NCBI GenBank assembly: GCA_028282585.1
Contig: JANQHR010000042.1
Location: forward strand, 1-46,106
Direction of reading: 5' to 3'
Length of the DNA: 46,106 bases
Source: Bacteroidales bacterium
GTDB taxonomy: Bacteria; Bacteroidota; Bacteroidia; Bacteroidales; UBA12077
Positions 1 to 9,969 of this stretch are shown in pieces; the stretch's first letter is position 1; every line of letters starts with the position of its first letter. The translations under genes were made by a program, and so were the position numbers. The notes beneath the pieces are model-generated. The model was not told the DNA's origin. It saw only the letters and a program-made list of their open reading frames with translations, and did not search any database.

Positions 1-17
1 AAAAATTATAAAACAAA

Positions 18-49
18 AAATAACAGCAAGTTTAAACTTGCTGTTATTT
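18..49 (-). terminator. Intrinsic terminator (perfect 32-bp palindrome) after the M23 gene
   Basis: AAATAACAGCAAGTTT/AAACTTGCTGTTATTT perfect inverted repeat just past the stop at 59; T-rich tail on the minus strand. Confidence 0.75.
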
Positions 50-58
50 AAATATTTT

Positions 59-787
59 TTATCCTTGTAAAAACTGTATCGTTTTTTTAGGACTAGTCAC
101 ATCTATTTTCAAAATTAAATTCGGATCAACGCAAAGATTATGAAAATACTCTTTGGCCGAAGGTGGCGCTACACCTGAAAAATCTCCTTCATTACCCAAC
201 AAATCTGTAATAACCTGAAAATGTAAATGAGGAGGCCAGTTACCATTTACCTTTTCATCACCAACATTAGCTATAACATCTCCCCTCCTAACCTGCTGTC
301 CTTTTATTTTATCTTCAATAGATTCAATACTCAAGTGTCCATATAAGGTATAAAATGTTTCGCCTTCTATTAAATGTTCTAATATTAATGTTGGTCCGTA
401 ATCTCCATAAGTTGCATTATTATTGTAACTATGAACTATTCCTGGGATTGGAGAATAAATTGATGCTCCTGCTTCTATCCAAATATCTATTCCTAAATGT
501 ATACTTCGAGGCTCGCCATCATTGTCAAAATGTTTACTTCGTTTATATATTAATCTATCTTCAAAATAACCTCCAACACCAACCTTTTTTTTATTCTTTT
601 TAATTGTTTCAAAAATATAATAAGTTAATACTTCTGTGTCATCAATATCAATTTGAGACAATTCAGTATTCATTTCTGATAAATCCAAAACATGCACATT
701 CTTGTTTATTAGCTCTATATCAATTACAGGAGAGAAGAAATCTCTATTTTCTTTAAGAATTTTAACCACATGTTCTTTTTTATTCAT
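59..787 (-). CDS. Peptidase M23 family (peptidoglycan DD-metalloendopeptidase domain) protein
   Basis: HLGID (HxxxD), YGHL and HLHF zinc-site motifs; no signal peptide evident. Confidence 0.85.
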   Translation of the reverse strand: MNKKEHVVKILKENRDFFSPVIDIELINKNVHVLDLSEMNTELSQIDIDDTEVLTYYIFETIKKNKKKVGVGGYFEDRLIYKRSKHFDNDGEPRSIHLGIDIWIEAGASIYSPIPGIVHSYNNNATYGDYGPTLILEHLIEGETFYTLYGHLSIESIEDKIKGQQVRRGDVIANVGDEKVNGNWPPHLHFQVITDLLGNEGDFSGVAPPSAKEYFHNLCVDPNLILKIDVTSPKKTIQFLQG

Positions 788-856
788 CGCAAGATTTTAA
801 TATGCAATATAATAAAATCTAATCTTAAAATAAAGTTATAATATTGTGAACCGTAT

Positions 857-884
857 AAAAAAACCCGGACATTAGCCCGGGTTT
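857..884 (-). terminator. Intrinsic terminator
   Basis: AAACCCGG(861-868)/CCGGGTTT(877-884) stem with a T-run on the minus strand, just downstream of the 906 stop. Confidence 0.75.
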
Positions 885-905
885 ATTATCGAATCTTTAT
901 TTATC

Positions 906-1250
906 TTAATCATCAATATTCTCAATTTTTAATTCAATTATATTTGAATTATTCGATGTTATTTTAACAACTTCTGTTAACTCTTTATATGATATGTAAC
1001 TAGTGTTTAATTCTAAACCACCCTCTTTTAGGTTTTCTATTTCAAATTTACCATCAAAATCAGTATAAACACATTTATCAGTTCCATTAACACTAATTTT
1101 TACACCAGTTAATGCTTCCCCTGTTTTTAAATCAACTACAGTTCCTGTCAATTTAGCTGTAGTCATCCCCTCGTTTTCGTTATTTTCCGCGTAACTACTA
1201 GATATTGAAATAACAAAAATACTTACTATTAATAACGCTATCTTTTTCAT
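906..1250 (-). CDS. Secreted stand-alone carboxypeptidase-regulatory-like (SusC N-terminal extension) domain protein
   Basis: Signal peptide, then LTGTVVD..TGEAL.GV.I...TDFDGKF.I...SYISY pattern typical of this domain. Confidence 0.8.
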   Translation of the reverse strand: MKKIALLIVSIFVISISSSYAENNENEGMTTAKLTGTVVDLKTGEALTGVKISVNGTDKCVYTDFDGKFEIENLKEGGLELNTSYISYKELTEVVKITSNNSNIIELKIENIDD

Positions 1251-1286
1251 TCTCTTCTAAATATTAATTTGATTTTAACTTCGCAA

Positions 1287-1294
1287 CAAAGATA
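1287..1294 (-). promoter_or_regulatory. Bacteroidota sigma-A -7 element
   Basis: Minus-strand TATCTTTG matches TAnnTTTG, 36 bp upstream of the start at 1250. Confidence 0.55.
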
Positions 1295-1339
1295 TTGGTT
1301 ATATAACAAGTATTGCGTTATCGATATATAACTTTTGCG

Positions 1340-1606
1340 TTAATTATTTGTTAATTTTATTGAATTTGAATCTTTAACCGTTATACTATCGTGAATAAGT
1401 GAATCCATTATCATCCTGAACTTAAGTTCTTCCTCAACCTTCTCAAATTTCTTAATTAAATACTCATAATCTTCTTTTAAAGCTTGCTGTTCCATAAGTA
1501 ATAATTTATTTCTTTCCCCTTGTTCATAATAAAGAAATGCACGATCAATTAAAATTCCTAAGAAAAAGAAAATGATTATAAGAATCGTAGCTTTAAACTT
1601 ATTCAT
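1340..1606 (-). CDS. Small hypothetical protein with N-terminal membrane anchor and coiled coil
   Basis: 88 aa, one hydrophobic N-terminal helix followed by an E/K/L-rich segment. Confidence 0.6.
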   Translation of the reverse strand: MNKFKATILIIIFFFLGILIDRAFLYYEQGERNKLLLMEQQALKEDYEYLIKKFEKVEEELKFRMIMDSLIHDSITVKDSNSIKLTNN

Positions 1607-1686
1607 GCTAAAGTAATTGGCTAATAATTAATCTCTAATATATAAATATTTAGCCAATTACAAACTTAAAATTTTAGTTAAATCAA

Positions 1687-3195
1687 TTATTGATGCTCAG
1701 GTCTAAGCAGATCGTTTACCGTCTTAACCGGATTGAAGGTATCTATAGGAACTTCTGCAAATATTGTATTCCAATTTGCCATGGCACCATTCCATAATCC
1801 TGGCAATTCTTGTGCTTTTAAATCCTTTCCATCCTTTGATTTTTTTGAGATAAATCCGGTATTTAGGTCTCTATAAATTAACAAATCAAATTTTTCTCCG
1901 TTATGATCTTTTGTGCCACATACCAGATCAACCGGATTAAAGTGTGTGGACGATTTTACAATCTCATTCTGCTTTTCGTTATTAGAATCAATCTGAGAGG
2001 ATTCTACAATTTGCAAATCCATAATTCCATTGGTTTGTTTAACCCAAAACGGACCTCCACCAGGTTCACCTTCATTTTTAACCATCCCGCAAACCCTTAT
2101 TGGCCGATTTAAAACTTCTAATATTGATTTTGGATCAATATCTTCATCAAATTCATAACATAGATTCTCTTTCACGAAACCCTTTATTTCAGTTAAAACA
2201 TCATTATTATAATGCTTTTCCTCAAGAATATCTATGTAATTAAATATCTTTTCTTGGTAGGATAATAAAATTCCAGCTAATGCTTTTTTATATTTTACCG
2301 TAATATCTTGCATTCTATCTGGCACCACATTATCAATATTTTTAATAAAAATAATATCAGAATCAAGTTCATTTAAATTTTCTATTAAAGCTCCATGTCC
2401 TCCCGGTCTAAAAAGCAAAGATCCATCCGAATTTCTGAACAACTGATTTTCCAGATCAACTGCCACCATATCTGTTGAAGGTTTCTGCTGTGAAAACGAA
2501 ATCTCATACTTTACATTAAATTTTTTCTCAAAATACTCAATTTTGGTTTCAAGTAGCTCTAGAAATAAATCTTTATGTTCAGGTGAAATGGTAAAATGAA
2601 TATTAACAACATTATTGGAAGATTTCGAATACAGAGCCCCCTCATATAAATGTTCTTCAAAAGCTGTTCGTAACTCATCCTCATATTTATGAAAACTTAA
2701 AACTCCTTTGGGTTTCTGCCCATAATTTAAGCCATCATTAAACAAGAAATACTTTAGTATTTCTTTATACTTTCCGGTCTCTAGCAAATTGTTAATATCT
2801 TGGTTATTCAATTCAATTACATTTTTTAATTCATCATAAAATGCAAACCTTTTTATATTTTTAAAAAATCTTTTTGTATTTTCATCATTAACCTCTTCAA
2901 TATCTTTATACTGTTCATCAGCTTTTTCGTAAAACTCAAAAAGAAACTTAAACATTCTTGAGGCCGCTCCTGAAGCCGGTATAAATTTTAATGAATCAGG
3001 ACTAAGGTCTTCATACAACTTAATAAAAGCTTCAATTTCTTCTTCTTTCAGGCGAATAATTCCATCATTTATGGTTGCCGGCTTAGATATATTTAAATAT
3101 GGAAATCCTTGTTTAAAATTCTTTATCTGATTATTTAATTCTTCGGGAGTTAACCCCTTACTTTCAATTTGTTGAATATCTTTCTCTGTAAACAT
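1687..3195 (-). CDS. DUF4301 family protein
   Basis: KFIPASGAASRMFK, FRPGGHGALIENLN, FIKNIDNV, GEPGGGPFW, ELPGLWNGAM and FNPVKTVNDLLRPEHQ family motifs. Confidence 0.9.
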   Translation of the reverse strand: MFTEKDIQQIESKGLTPEELNNQIKNFKQGFPYLNISKPATINDGIIRLKEEEIEAFIKLYEDLSPDSLKFIPASGAASRMFKFLFEFYEKADEQYKDIEEVNDENTKRFFKNIKRFAFYDELKNVIELNNQDINNLLETGKYKEILKYFLFNDGLNYGQKPKGVLSFHKYEDELRTAFEEHLYEGALYSKSSNNVVNIHFTISPEHKDLFLELLETKIEYFEKKFNVKYEISFSQQKPSTDMVAVDLENQLFRNSDGSLLFRPGGHGALIENLNELDSDIIFIKNIDNVVPDRMQDITVKYKKALAGILLSYQEKIFNYIDILEEKHYNNDVLTEIKGFVKENLCYEFDEDIDPKSILEVLNRPIRVCGMVKNEGEPGGGPFWVKQTNGIMDLQIVESSQIDSNNEKQNEIVKSSTHFNPVDLVCGTKDHNGEKFDLLIYRDLNTGFISKKSKDGKDLKAQELPGLWNGAMANWNTIFAEVPIDTFNPVKTVNDLLRPEHQ

Positions 3196-3219
3196 ATTGT
3201 ACGATTATTTGTGTTTATA

Positions 3220-3227
3220 CAAACTTA
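3220..3227 (-). promoter_or_regulatory. Bacteroidota sigma-A -7 element
   Basis: Minus-strand TAAGTTTG 24 bp upstream of the DUF4301 start. Confidence 0.5.
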
Positions 3228-3246
3228 ATATGAATTTAGCTTATAG

Positions 3247-5700
3247 TTAGAATTTTGCAGTTAATTTAAGATTAAGCCTTCGGGAAGTTAAATAGTTTGG
3301 AACAGCATATTGTGAAGCATTTCCAGCTTGATTATTAACGGTTTTAATCCACATATAGGAGATTGTGTTATTAATATCCAGCAAATTAAAAACTTCAAAA
3401 CTGATCCACATATCTTCAAAATTATTTAGCCATTTAGCTTTTTCAAACTCTTTTTTACTACTTTTCAATACTTTTGATAATCCAAGGTCGACACGTTTAT
3501 AAGCTCTCATTCTAAAAACCTGATCATATCGATCTTCATTAGGCGATGAAAAGGGCAACCCACTACCATAATGTAAACTTAAATTCATTCTAAATGAAGG
3601 ACTCATGGGTAAGTAATCCTGAAAATATAAACTAAAATTAACTAACTGATCCGTAGGGCGTGGGTAATAACCTGGTTCAATCCGATTGCCTTCCGAGTTA
3701 TAATAATAATCGCCTTTAATATTTTCCTTAGTTTGCATTAAGGAAAGGCTTGCCCACGATTCAATTCCTTGTACAAATTCACCGTTAATTTTAAAATCAA
3801 TTCCGTAAGCATATCCATCAGCTATATTCTGAGCAGAATACTCTAAATGAACATTATCAACTTTATAAGGAATAAGATCTCTAAGAATTTTATAATATAA
3901 CTCAGTACTTAACTTAAATGACCTGTCCCATGCACTCAAAGTAAATTCATTTCCTAAAACAAAATGAACGGATTTTTGCGACTTAATATCTGGATTTATT
4001 ATACCTTCTGCATTTTTTATTTCTTTATAAAATGGAGGTTGATAATATAATCCCGACGCAAATCTAAATACCATATTCTTCTCCCAATTTGGAATATAGG
4101 ATATTGATAACCGAGGTGTTAAAATAAGTTCTTCATTAAAATCCCAATAACTTGCACGTAATCCGACATTTAGATAAAACTCAGCCTCATTCATAAAGTT
4201 CTTAAAAAAGGTATTTTGAACATAAGCAGATATTCTATTGGAGCTTATTTTATTTAAAGCTTTTGCGGTTTCATACAATTCTATAGTTGATCCATTATAA
4301 GGTAGAGAGTAACCAGCTGAATCCAGCATTTTCCACTGAGATATTTCATCGTCAATTTCTTCATAATTATAATTTGCTCCCCATCTTAACTTATTTTTCT
4401 CTGTATAATACCCACCTTTAAAAGATAGAGTATACACATTTGCAGTTAGAAAGTTTCTGGCATGATTTAAGAAAGTGCCAACACCAATATTCATTATGCT
4501 ATCACCATACGTATCGGATCCAACAGTATTATCTAACTCATTTAAATAATACTGCCCTTGAATATCGTACGTTTCTTGCTCATTGGTTTGAAATGCAGAT
4601 AAGATCATCTTTAATGACAATCTTTCATTTGGATTATAATTTGTTGTAAAAGCTCCCAGATAAGTTTCAAATTTATCTTTTTCGTTCCCATCATAATAGA
4701 TTTTTAGATTTAAGGCTTCATCTATGGTACCAAAAGATGTTTCTCTACTTTGGGGGATAAATTTGTAACTGTTTAATGAATAATAGCCCAAAAAATCAAA
4801 GTCCAATTTTGAGTTTACTTTATATGTTAAATAAGATTGTATATCATAATAGTCCGGATTATAATCACCCGTTGTTTCTAAAGAATTTAATACATATTGA
4901 GATGTTTTATATCTTATTCCGGTATTATAGGCAAACTTACCCGATTTTGAAATATCTTCTAATTGAGCTGTGCCTCCTAATAAACTTAATGATACCCTGC
5001 CCGAAAACTCAATAGGTTTACGGTATCTTATATCCAGAACCGAAGACATCTTATCCCCAAACCTTGACTCAAATCCTCCTGACGAGAAATGTATAGATGA
5101 AACCATATCTGAATTTAAGAAACTTAACCCCTCTTGTTGGCCTGATCGAATTAATAATGGTCTGTAAATTTCAATATCATTAACATATACCAAATTTTCA
5201 TCATAGTTACCTCCTCGAACCGAATACTGTGAGCTAAGTTCTGTATTTGAAGACACACCAGGCATTGTTTTTATTAACGCCTCAAGATTACCCGAAATAT
5301 CGGGATTTAACTCGATATGCTTTGCTTCAATTCTTGCCAAATTTGATTCTGGTGACAACTCTCCCACCACAGCAACTTCTCCAATATCACTAACCGCAAG
5401 TTCTAATGTTATATTAAAATTTGAAACCGAATCCTTATTTGAGTTAATGTTAAAACTTCTGGGTAAGTAACCGATACAAGAAACCTGAACTAATACATTT
5501 CTATTTTGTGGAATTTTTAAGGAATAGCTTCCATCCTTTTTTGAAATTACCCCGGTATTATTTGACATATTTCTGATATGAGCTAATTCTACCGGTTTCC
5601 CTTCCTGGTTTAAAACCTTTCCCTTTAAAGAGGTTACATCTTGAGAAAAAACCGAAACTGCTAAAAAAATCAGTAGAATATATGAGAATAAAAACTTCAT
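3247..5700 (-). CDS. TonB-dependent outer-membrane receptor
   Basis: Signal peptide, N-terminal carboxypeptidase-like domain, plug motif YSVRGGNYDENLVYVNDIEIY, SSGGFESRFGDKMSSVLDI, C-terminal Phe. ATG at 5700 preferred over TTG at 5703. Confidence 0.9.
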   Translation of the reverse strand: MKFLFSYILLIFLAVSVFSQDVTSLKGKVLNQEGKPVELAHIRNMSNNTGVISKKDGSYSLKIPQNRNVLVQVSCIGYLPRSFNINSNKDSVSNFNITLELAVSDIGEVAVVGELSPESNLARIEAKHIELNPDISGNLEALIKTMPGVSSNTELSSQYSVRGGNYDENLVYVNDIEIYRPLLIRSGQQEGLSFLNSDMVSSIHFSSGGFESRFGDKMSSVLDIRYRKPIEFSGRVSLSLLGGTAQLEDISKSGKFAYNTGIRYKTSQYVLNSLETTGDYNPDYYDIQSYLTYKVNSKLDFDFLGYYSLNSYKFIPQSRETSFGTIDEALNLKIYYDGNEKDKFETYLGAFTTNYNPNERLSLKMILSAFQTNEQETYDIQGQYYLNELDNTVGSDTYGDSIMNIGVGTFLNHARNFLTANVYTLSFKGGYYTEKNKLRWGANYNYEEIDDEISQWKMLDSAGYSLPYNGSTIELYETAKALNKISSNRISAYVQNTFFKNFMNEAEFYLNVGLRASYWDFNEELILTPRLSISYIPNWEKNMVFRFASGLYYQPPFYKEIKNAEGIINPDIKSQKSVHFVLGNEFTLSAWDRSFKLSTELYYKILRDLIPYKVDNVHLEYSAQNIADGYAYGIDFKINGEFVQGIESWASLSLMQTKENIKGDYYYNSEGNRIEPGYYPRPTDQLVNFSLYFQDYLPMSPSFRMNLSLHYGSGLPFSSPNEDRYDQVFRMRAYKRVDLGLSKVLKSSKKEFEKAKWLNNFEDMWISFEVFNLLDINNTISYMWIKTVNNQAGNASQYAVPNYLTSRRLNLKLTAKF

Positions 5701-5837
5701 CAAATAGTACCTGTTACAAAGCTATAAACAACAAAATCAATAAATTATTTTACGTTTTTAATAAGAAATCCAAAACTAATTCATTTGGCTAAGATTAAGA
5801 AAATTTCAATAACTTTATTTGCGCTAAAATATTCGAT

Positions 5838-6248
5838 ATGATAAATCAGTTTGAAATTACTTTACCATCATTTAAGCGTGGGTACCACATTATTACAAAC
5901 CACATCTTAAATGCTATTCAAGACCTTCCGGAAAAAGGACTTATGCATATTTTTATAAAACATACATCTGCTGCATTAACTATTAATGAAAATGCCGATC
6001 CATCGGTAACAGTTGACTTTGAAAATTTTACTAACAGCCTAATTCCCGATGGGCACAAATTATTTTCCCATACAATGGAAGGTCCCGATGACATGGCAGC
6101 TCATATTAAATCATCCGCTTTCGGACAATCATTAATTATCCCAATTACCGATCATAGACTAAACTTAGGGACTTGGCAAGGGATTTATTTATGCGAATTC
6201 AGAAATCGTGGAGGAAATAGAAAAATTGTAATTACAATTTATAATTAA
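5838..6248 (+). CDS. yjbQ: YjbQ/UPF0047 family (secondary thiamine-phosphate synthase)
   Basis: HTSAALTINENADPSV, EGPDDMAAHIKSS, LGTWQGIYLCEFR motifs. Confidence 0.92.
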   Translation: MINQFEITLPSFKRGYHIITNHILNAIQDLPEKGLMHIFIKHTSAALTINENADPSVTVDFENFTNSLIPDGHKLFSHTMEGPDDMAAHIKSSAFGQSLIIPITDHRLNLGTWQGIYLCEFRNRGGNRKIVITIYN

Positions 6249-6476
6249 TTTTATTTCAATATTTATGAATTCCAATAAAAAAAAGTTTTACTTTCAAATA
6301 TTCATGTGATCAATTATGTTTTCAAATTTTTCAGATTCTCAATGCCCTATAAATCAATGCCATATTTAAACGTTTGAAAAAGAATCGTAAAGTTGCAATT
6401 CGTAACTAAAAATTGATTTTCAGTAAATTATGTTATATAAAACCCTATTTTAAATAACAATTAATCAAAATAATAC

Positions 6477-6484
6477 TAAATTTG
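6477..6484 (+). promoter_or_regulatory. Bacteroidota sigma-A -7 element for the ior leader
   Basis: TAAATTTG matches TAnnTTTG, 28 bp upstream of the small ORF at 6513. Confidence 0.45.
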
Positions 6485-6512
6485 CTTTCGTATAGTAACT
6501 AATAATTAAACT

Positions 6513-6590
6513 ATGAAAATAAGTAAGATTGTTTATTATTACATAATTGCTGCTCAGGTCCGATTTTTAAAACGCTTCTGTGGCTTGTAA
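6513..6590 (+). CDS. Putative 25-aa leader peptide MKISKIVYYYIIAAQVRFLKRFCGL
   Basis: ATG in an A-rich context (AATAATTAAACT-ATG) downstream of a -7 box and upstream of iorA; three consecutive Tyr codons. Confidence 0.35.
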   Translation: MKISKIVYYYIIAAQVRFLKRFCGL

Positions 6591-6700
6591 TTTAACAATC
6601 TATTAGCTTTATTAGCTTATCAACTCTTTTATAAGTTATTGAGATTTTATAACTTAAAACTTTTTAAAAACTTAAAAACAAAAAATAAACTATAAATAAG

Positions 6701-8317
6701 ATGCAAAAACTACTATTATTAGGCGATGAAGCAATCGCCCAGGGAGCTTTAGATGGAGGAATGTCTGGAATATACGCATATCCAGGAACTCCATCAACCG
6801 AAATTACCGAGTATGTGCAAGGATCAAGATTTGCACAAGAAAATAACATTCATAGCGATTGGTCAGCAAATGAAAAAACAGCAATGGAGGCAGCTTTAGG
6901 TATGTCATATGCTGGTAAACGTGCCATGGTTTGCATGAAACATGTTGGTTTAAATGTTGCTGCTGATGCTTTCGTAAACTCCTCTATTACAGGTGTAAAT
7001 GGTGGATTAATTGTTGTTTCTGCTGATGATCCGTCAATGCATTCTTCACAAAACGAGCAAGATTCAAGATTCTATGGTAATTTTGCTATGATGCCAATGC
7101 TTGAGCCGGTAGATCAACAGGAAGCTTATGAAATGTCTTATCACGGCTTTGAACTTTCTGAAAAATTCAAACTTCCTATTTTATTAAGACTCACAACAAG
7201 ATTAGCACACTCTCGAGCTGGAGTTCAAACTTTAGAGCAAAAAGCTCAAAATGAAGTTTCTATTCCATCCAACCCCACTCAATTTGTATTACTTCCTTCC
7301 ATTGCGCGAAAACAATATAAAACTTTATTAAATATTCAGGATGCCTTAGTTGAAGCATCGGAGAATTCAAAGTTTAATAAATATATCGATGGTTCTGATA
7401 AATCATTAGGTATTATTGCTCCAGGTATTGCTTTTAATTATCTAATGGAGAATTTCCAGGATAAAGAATTGAAACACCCTGTATTAAAAATTGGTCAATA
7501 TCCAATTCCTCGTAAGCAAATAATGAAGATGGTTGAAGAATGTGATAGAATTCTTGTTTTAGAAGAAGGTTATCCATTAATTGAAGAATCATTAAAAGGC
7601 TACCAAGGAGCTGGTACTCCAGTTTCCGGAAGATTAGACGGGTCATTACCACGTGATGGCGAGTTAAATCCTAATTTGGTTGCTAAAGCATTAGGGTTGG
7701 AAACAGTATTAGATGGCACAATTCCTGAATTAGTTAAAAATCGTCCACCTTCAATGTGCATCGGTTGCGGTCATATTGATGCGTACGAAGCACTAAATGT
7801 TGCTTTGAAAGAATATGGTGTAGGTAGAGTATTTTCTGACATTGGGTGTTATACATTAGGTGCACTACCCCCTTACAATGCTATTAACTCATGTGTAGAT
7901 ATGGGAGCATCAATTACAATGGCAAAAGGTGCTGCTGACGCAGGTTTAGTTCCGGCTGTAGCTGTAATAGGAGATTCAACTTTTACTCACTCTGGAATTA
8001 CCGGTTTGATTGATTGTGTTACTGAAAATAGTCCTGTAACTATTATTATTTCTGATAACTTTACAACGGGGATGACTGGAGGGCAAGATTCTAAAGCCTT
8101 AGGTAAAATTGAAGATATCTGTAAAGGTGTTGGTGTAGATCCTGAGCATATTAAAGTTTTCAAGCCATTGAAGAAAAATATGGATGAAATGGTTCAAATA
8201 ATGAAAGATGAACTAGCATATAATGGAGTATCTGTAATTATTCCACGCCGCCAATGTGTTCAAACAATGAAAAACAAAAAATTGGCTGAACAGCTGAAAG
8301 AATTAAATCTTAAATAA
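6701..8317 (+). CDS. iorA: Indolepyruvate:ferredoxin oxidoreductase alpha subunit
   Basis: LLLGDEAIAQG, YPGTPSTEI, MKHVGLNVAAD, SSQNEQDSR, RPPSMCIGCGH, SDIGCYTLG, ThDP motif GDSTFTHSG. Confidence 0.95.
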   Translation: MQKLLLLGDEAIAQGALDGGMSGIYAYPGTPSTEITEYVQGSRFAQENNIHSDWSANEKTAMEAALGMSYAGKRAMVCMKHVGLNVAADAFVNSSITGVNGGLIVVSADDPSMHSSQNEQDSRFYGNFAMMPMLEPVDQQEAYEMSYHGFELSEKFKLPILLRLTTRLAHSRAGVQTLEQKAQNEVSIPSNPTQFVLLPSIARKQYKTLLNIQDALVEASENSKFNKYIDGSDKSLGIIAPGIAFNYLMENFQDKELKHPVLKIGQYPIPRKQIMKMVEECDRILVLEEGYPLIEESLKGYQGAGTPVSGRLDGSLPRDGELNPNLVAKALGLETVLDGTIPELVKNRPPSMCIGCGHIDAYEALNVALKEYGVGRVFSDIGCYTLGALPPYNAINSCVDMGASITMAKGAADAGLVPAVAVIGDSTFTHSGITGLIDCVTENSPVTIIISDNFTTGMTGGQDSKALGKIEDICKGVGVDPEHIKVFKPLKKNMDEMVQIMKDELAYNGVSVIIPRRQCVQTMKNKKLAEQLKELNLK

Positions 8318-8353
8318 TCTACATTAGTAACTTAAAATAAAAAAATAAAAAAT

Positions 8354-8935
8354 ATGAAAACAGATATTATATTAGCTGGTGTAGGTGGACAAGGGATTTT
8401 ATCAATTGCCGCTACAATCGGTATGGCAGCTTTACATAACGATATGCATTTGAAACAAGCCGAGGTTCATGGAATGAGCCAACGTGGAGGTGCTGTACAA
8501 TCGAATATGAGAATCTCTGATAAAAAGATTGCTTCTGACTTGATTCCAATGGGTGCTGCTGACATTATCCTTTCGGTTGAACCAATGGAATCATTAAGAT
8601 ATCTTCCTTATCTAAAAGAAGGTGGTTGGTTAGTAACCAATACAACTCCTTTCGTAAACATTCCGGATTATCCTGAAATTGGAGATGTTTTAATTGAAGT
8701 TAAGAAGTTTAAAAATCATATTGCATTGGATGCAGATACCATTGCATCAGAATTTGGATCAAAAAGATCATCAAATATAGTAATGTTAGGCGCGGCAACT
8801 CCTTTCTTTAACATCTCATTCGAAAGTTTCGAAGAAGGTATCAAAAAAATCTTTGCTCGTAAAGGAGAAGATGTGATTAATATGAACTTGAATGCATTAA
8901 GAGCAGGAAGAGATTTTGCCGAAAAAAATAAATAA
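8354..8935 (+). CDS. iorB: Indolepyruvate:ferredoxin oxidoreductase beta subunit
   Basis: GVGGQGIL, EVHGMSQRGGAV, NIVMLGA; adjacent to iorA. Confidence 0.95.
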   Translation: MKTDIILAGVGGQGILSIAATIGMAALHNDMHLKQAEVHGMSQRGGAVQSNMRISDKKIASDLIPMGAADIILSVEPMESLRYLPYLKEGGWLVTNTTPFVNIPDYPEIGDVLIEVKKFKNHIALDADTIASEFGSKRSSNIVMLGAATPFFNISFESFEEGIKKIFARKGEDVINMNLNALRAGRDFAEKNK

Positions 8936-8956
8936 TCTATTGATTTAGAACAAATG

Positions 8957-8990
8957 AAAAAGGAGGTTGCAATAGAGAACCTCCTTTTTT
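8957..8990. terminator. Bidirectional intrinsic terminator between iorB and hflC
   Basis: AAAAAGGAGGTT...AACCTCCTTTTT stem with A/T tails on both sides, between convergent genes. Confidence 0.85.
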
Positions 8991-9011
8991 ATTATTGATT
9001 TTACCTGCTGA

Positions 9012-9956
9012 TTATTTCATATCTTTTAAATACTTATATAATTCACTGTCTGTTGATAAAATTACAGTTGTCGTCGTATCAAAAGTATTTTTATAGGTTT
9101 CCATCGATTTTAAAAAGCTATAAAGATCTCTCGACATAGATGATTTATCATAAGCCGAAGCATAGATAGATGCAGCTTTGGCATCAGCCTTTCCCTTAAT
9201 CTCTTCTGCTTTTCTAAAGGCATCTGATTGTATGGTTTTTAGCTCTCGCTCTTTTTCTCCATTAATCTTAGAAGCCTCACCCTGTCCTTCTGATCTGAAT
9301 TTATCGGCAATACGATAACGTTCACTTTTCATTCTCTCGTATACCTGCTCTCTAACTTCCTGAACATAATTTATTCTTTTAAATCGAAAATCCAGTATCT
9401 CGATACCCAGTTCTTGGGCTTGTTCATTAGCCGTTTCCAAAATCATATTTTGTATTTTCTCTCTTCCCACATCAATCGACATTAATGAATCTCCTATTAA
9501 TTCGCTAATGTTACTAGAAGAAATAGGTGTTCTGTTACTATTACGAACTGCTTCTTCAATGTCATGATTGGCAATAAAATCACGTGTTTCGCCATCTAAA
9601 ATATCATCAATTCGGGAATGAGCTCCTCGCTCATTGGTTAATCTTTTGAAAAATTGCAAAGGATCTGTAATTTGCCAGCGAGCATAAGTATCAACAAAAA
9701 TAAACTTCTTATCTTTTGTTGGAATCTGATTAGGATCTCCATCCCATTCCAAGAAACGTTTTTCAAAAAAGTTTGCTTTTTGAACAAAAGGAGTCTTAAA
9801 ATTCAGGCCTGCTTCAGTAACCGCTTCTCCAACCGGTTTTCCAAACTGAGTTATAACTACTTGTTGCTTTTCATTTACAATATATGTACTTTGAGAAATC
9901 AAAATAACTGCAAGACCAATGATAACTATTAATATAACTGTTTTTTTATTTTTCAT
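9012..9956 (-). CDS. hflC: FtsH protease modulator HflC
   Basis: N-terminal TM helix, SPFH domain, TKDKKFIFVD, VYERMKSER, FRSEGQGEA; paired with hflK. Confidence 0.93.
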   Translation of the reverse strand: MKNKKTVILIVIIGLAVILISQSTYIVNEKQQVVITQFGKPVGEAVTEAGLNFKTPFVQKANFFEKRFLEWDGDPNQIPTKDKKFIFVDTYARWQITDPLQFFKRLTNERGAHSRIDDILDGETRDFIANHDIEEAVRNSNRTPISSSNISELIGDSLMSIDVGREKIQNMILETANEQAQELGIEILDFRFKRINYVQEVREQVYERMKSERYRIADKFRSEGQGEASKINGEKERELKTIQSDAFRKAEEIKGKADAKAASIYASAYDKSSMSRDLYSFLKSMETYKNTFDTTTTVILSTDSELYKYLKDMK

Positions 9957-9969
9957 AGTTCAACCCTCT

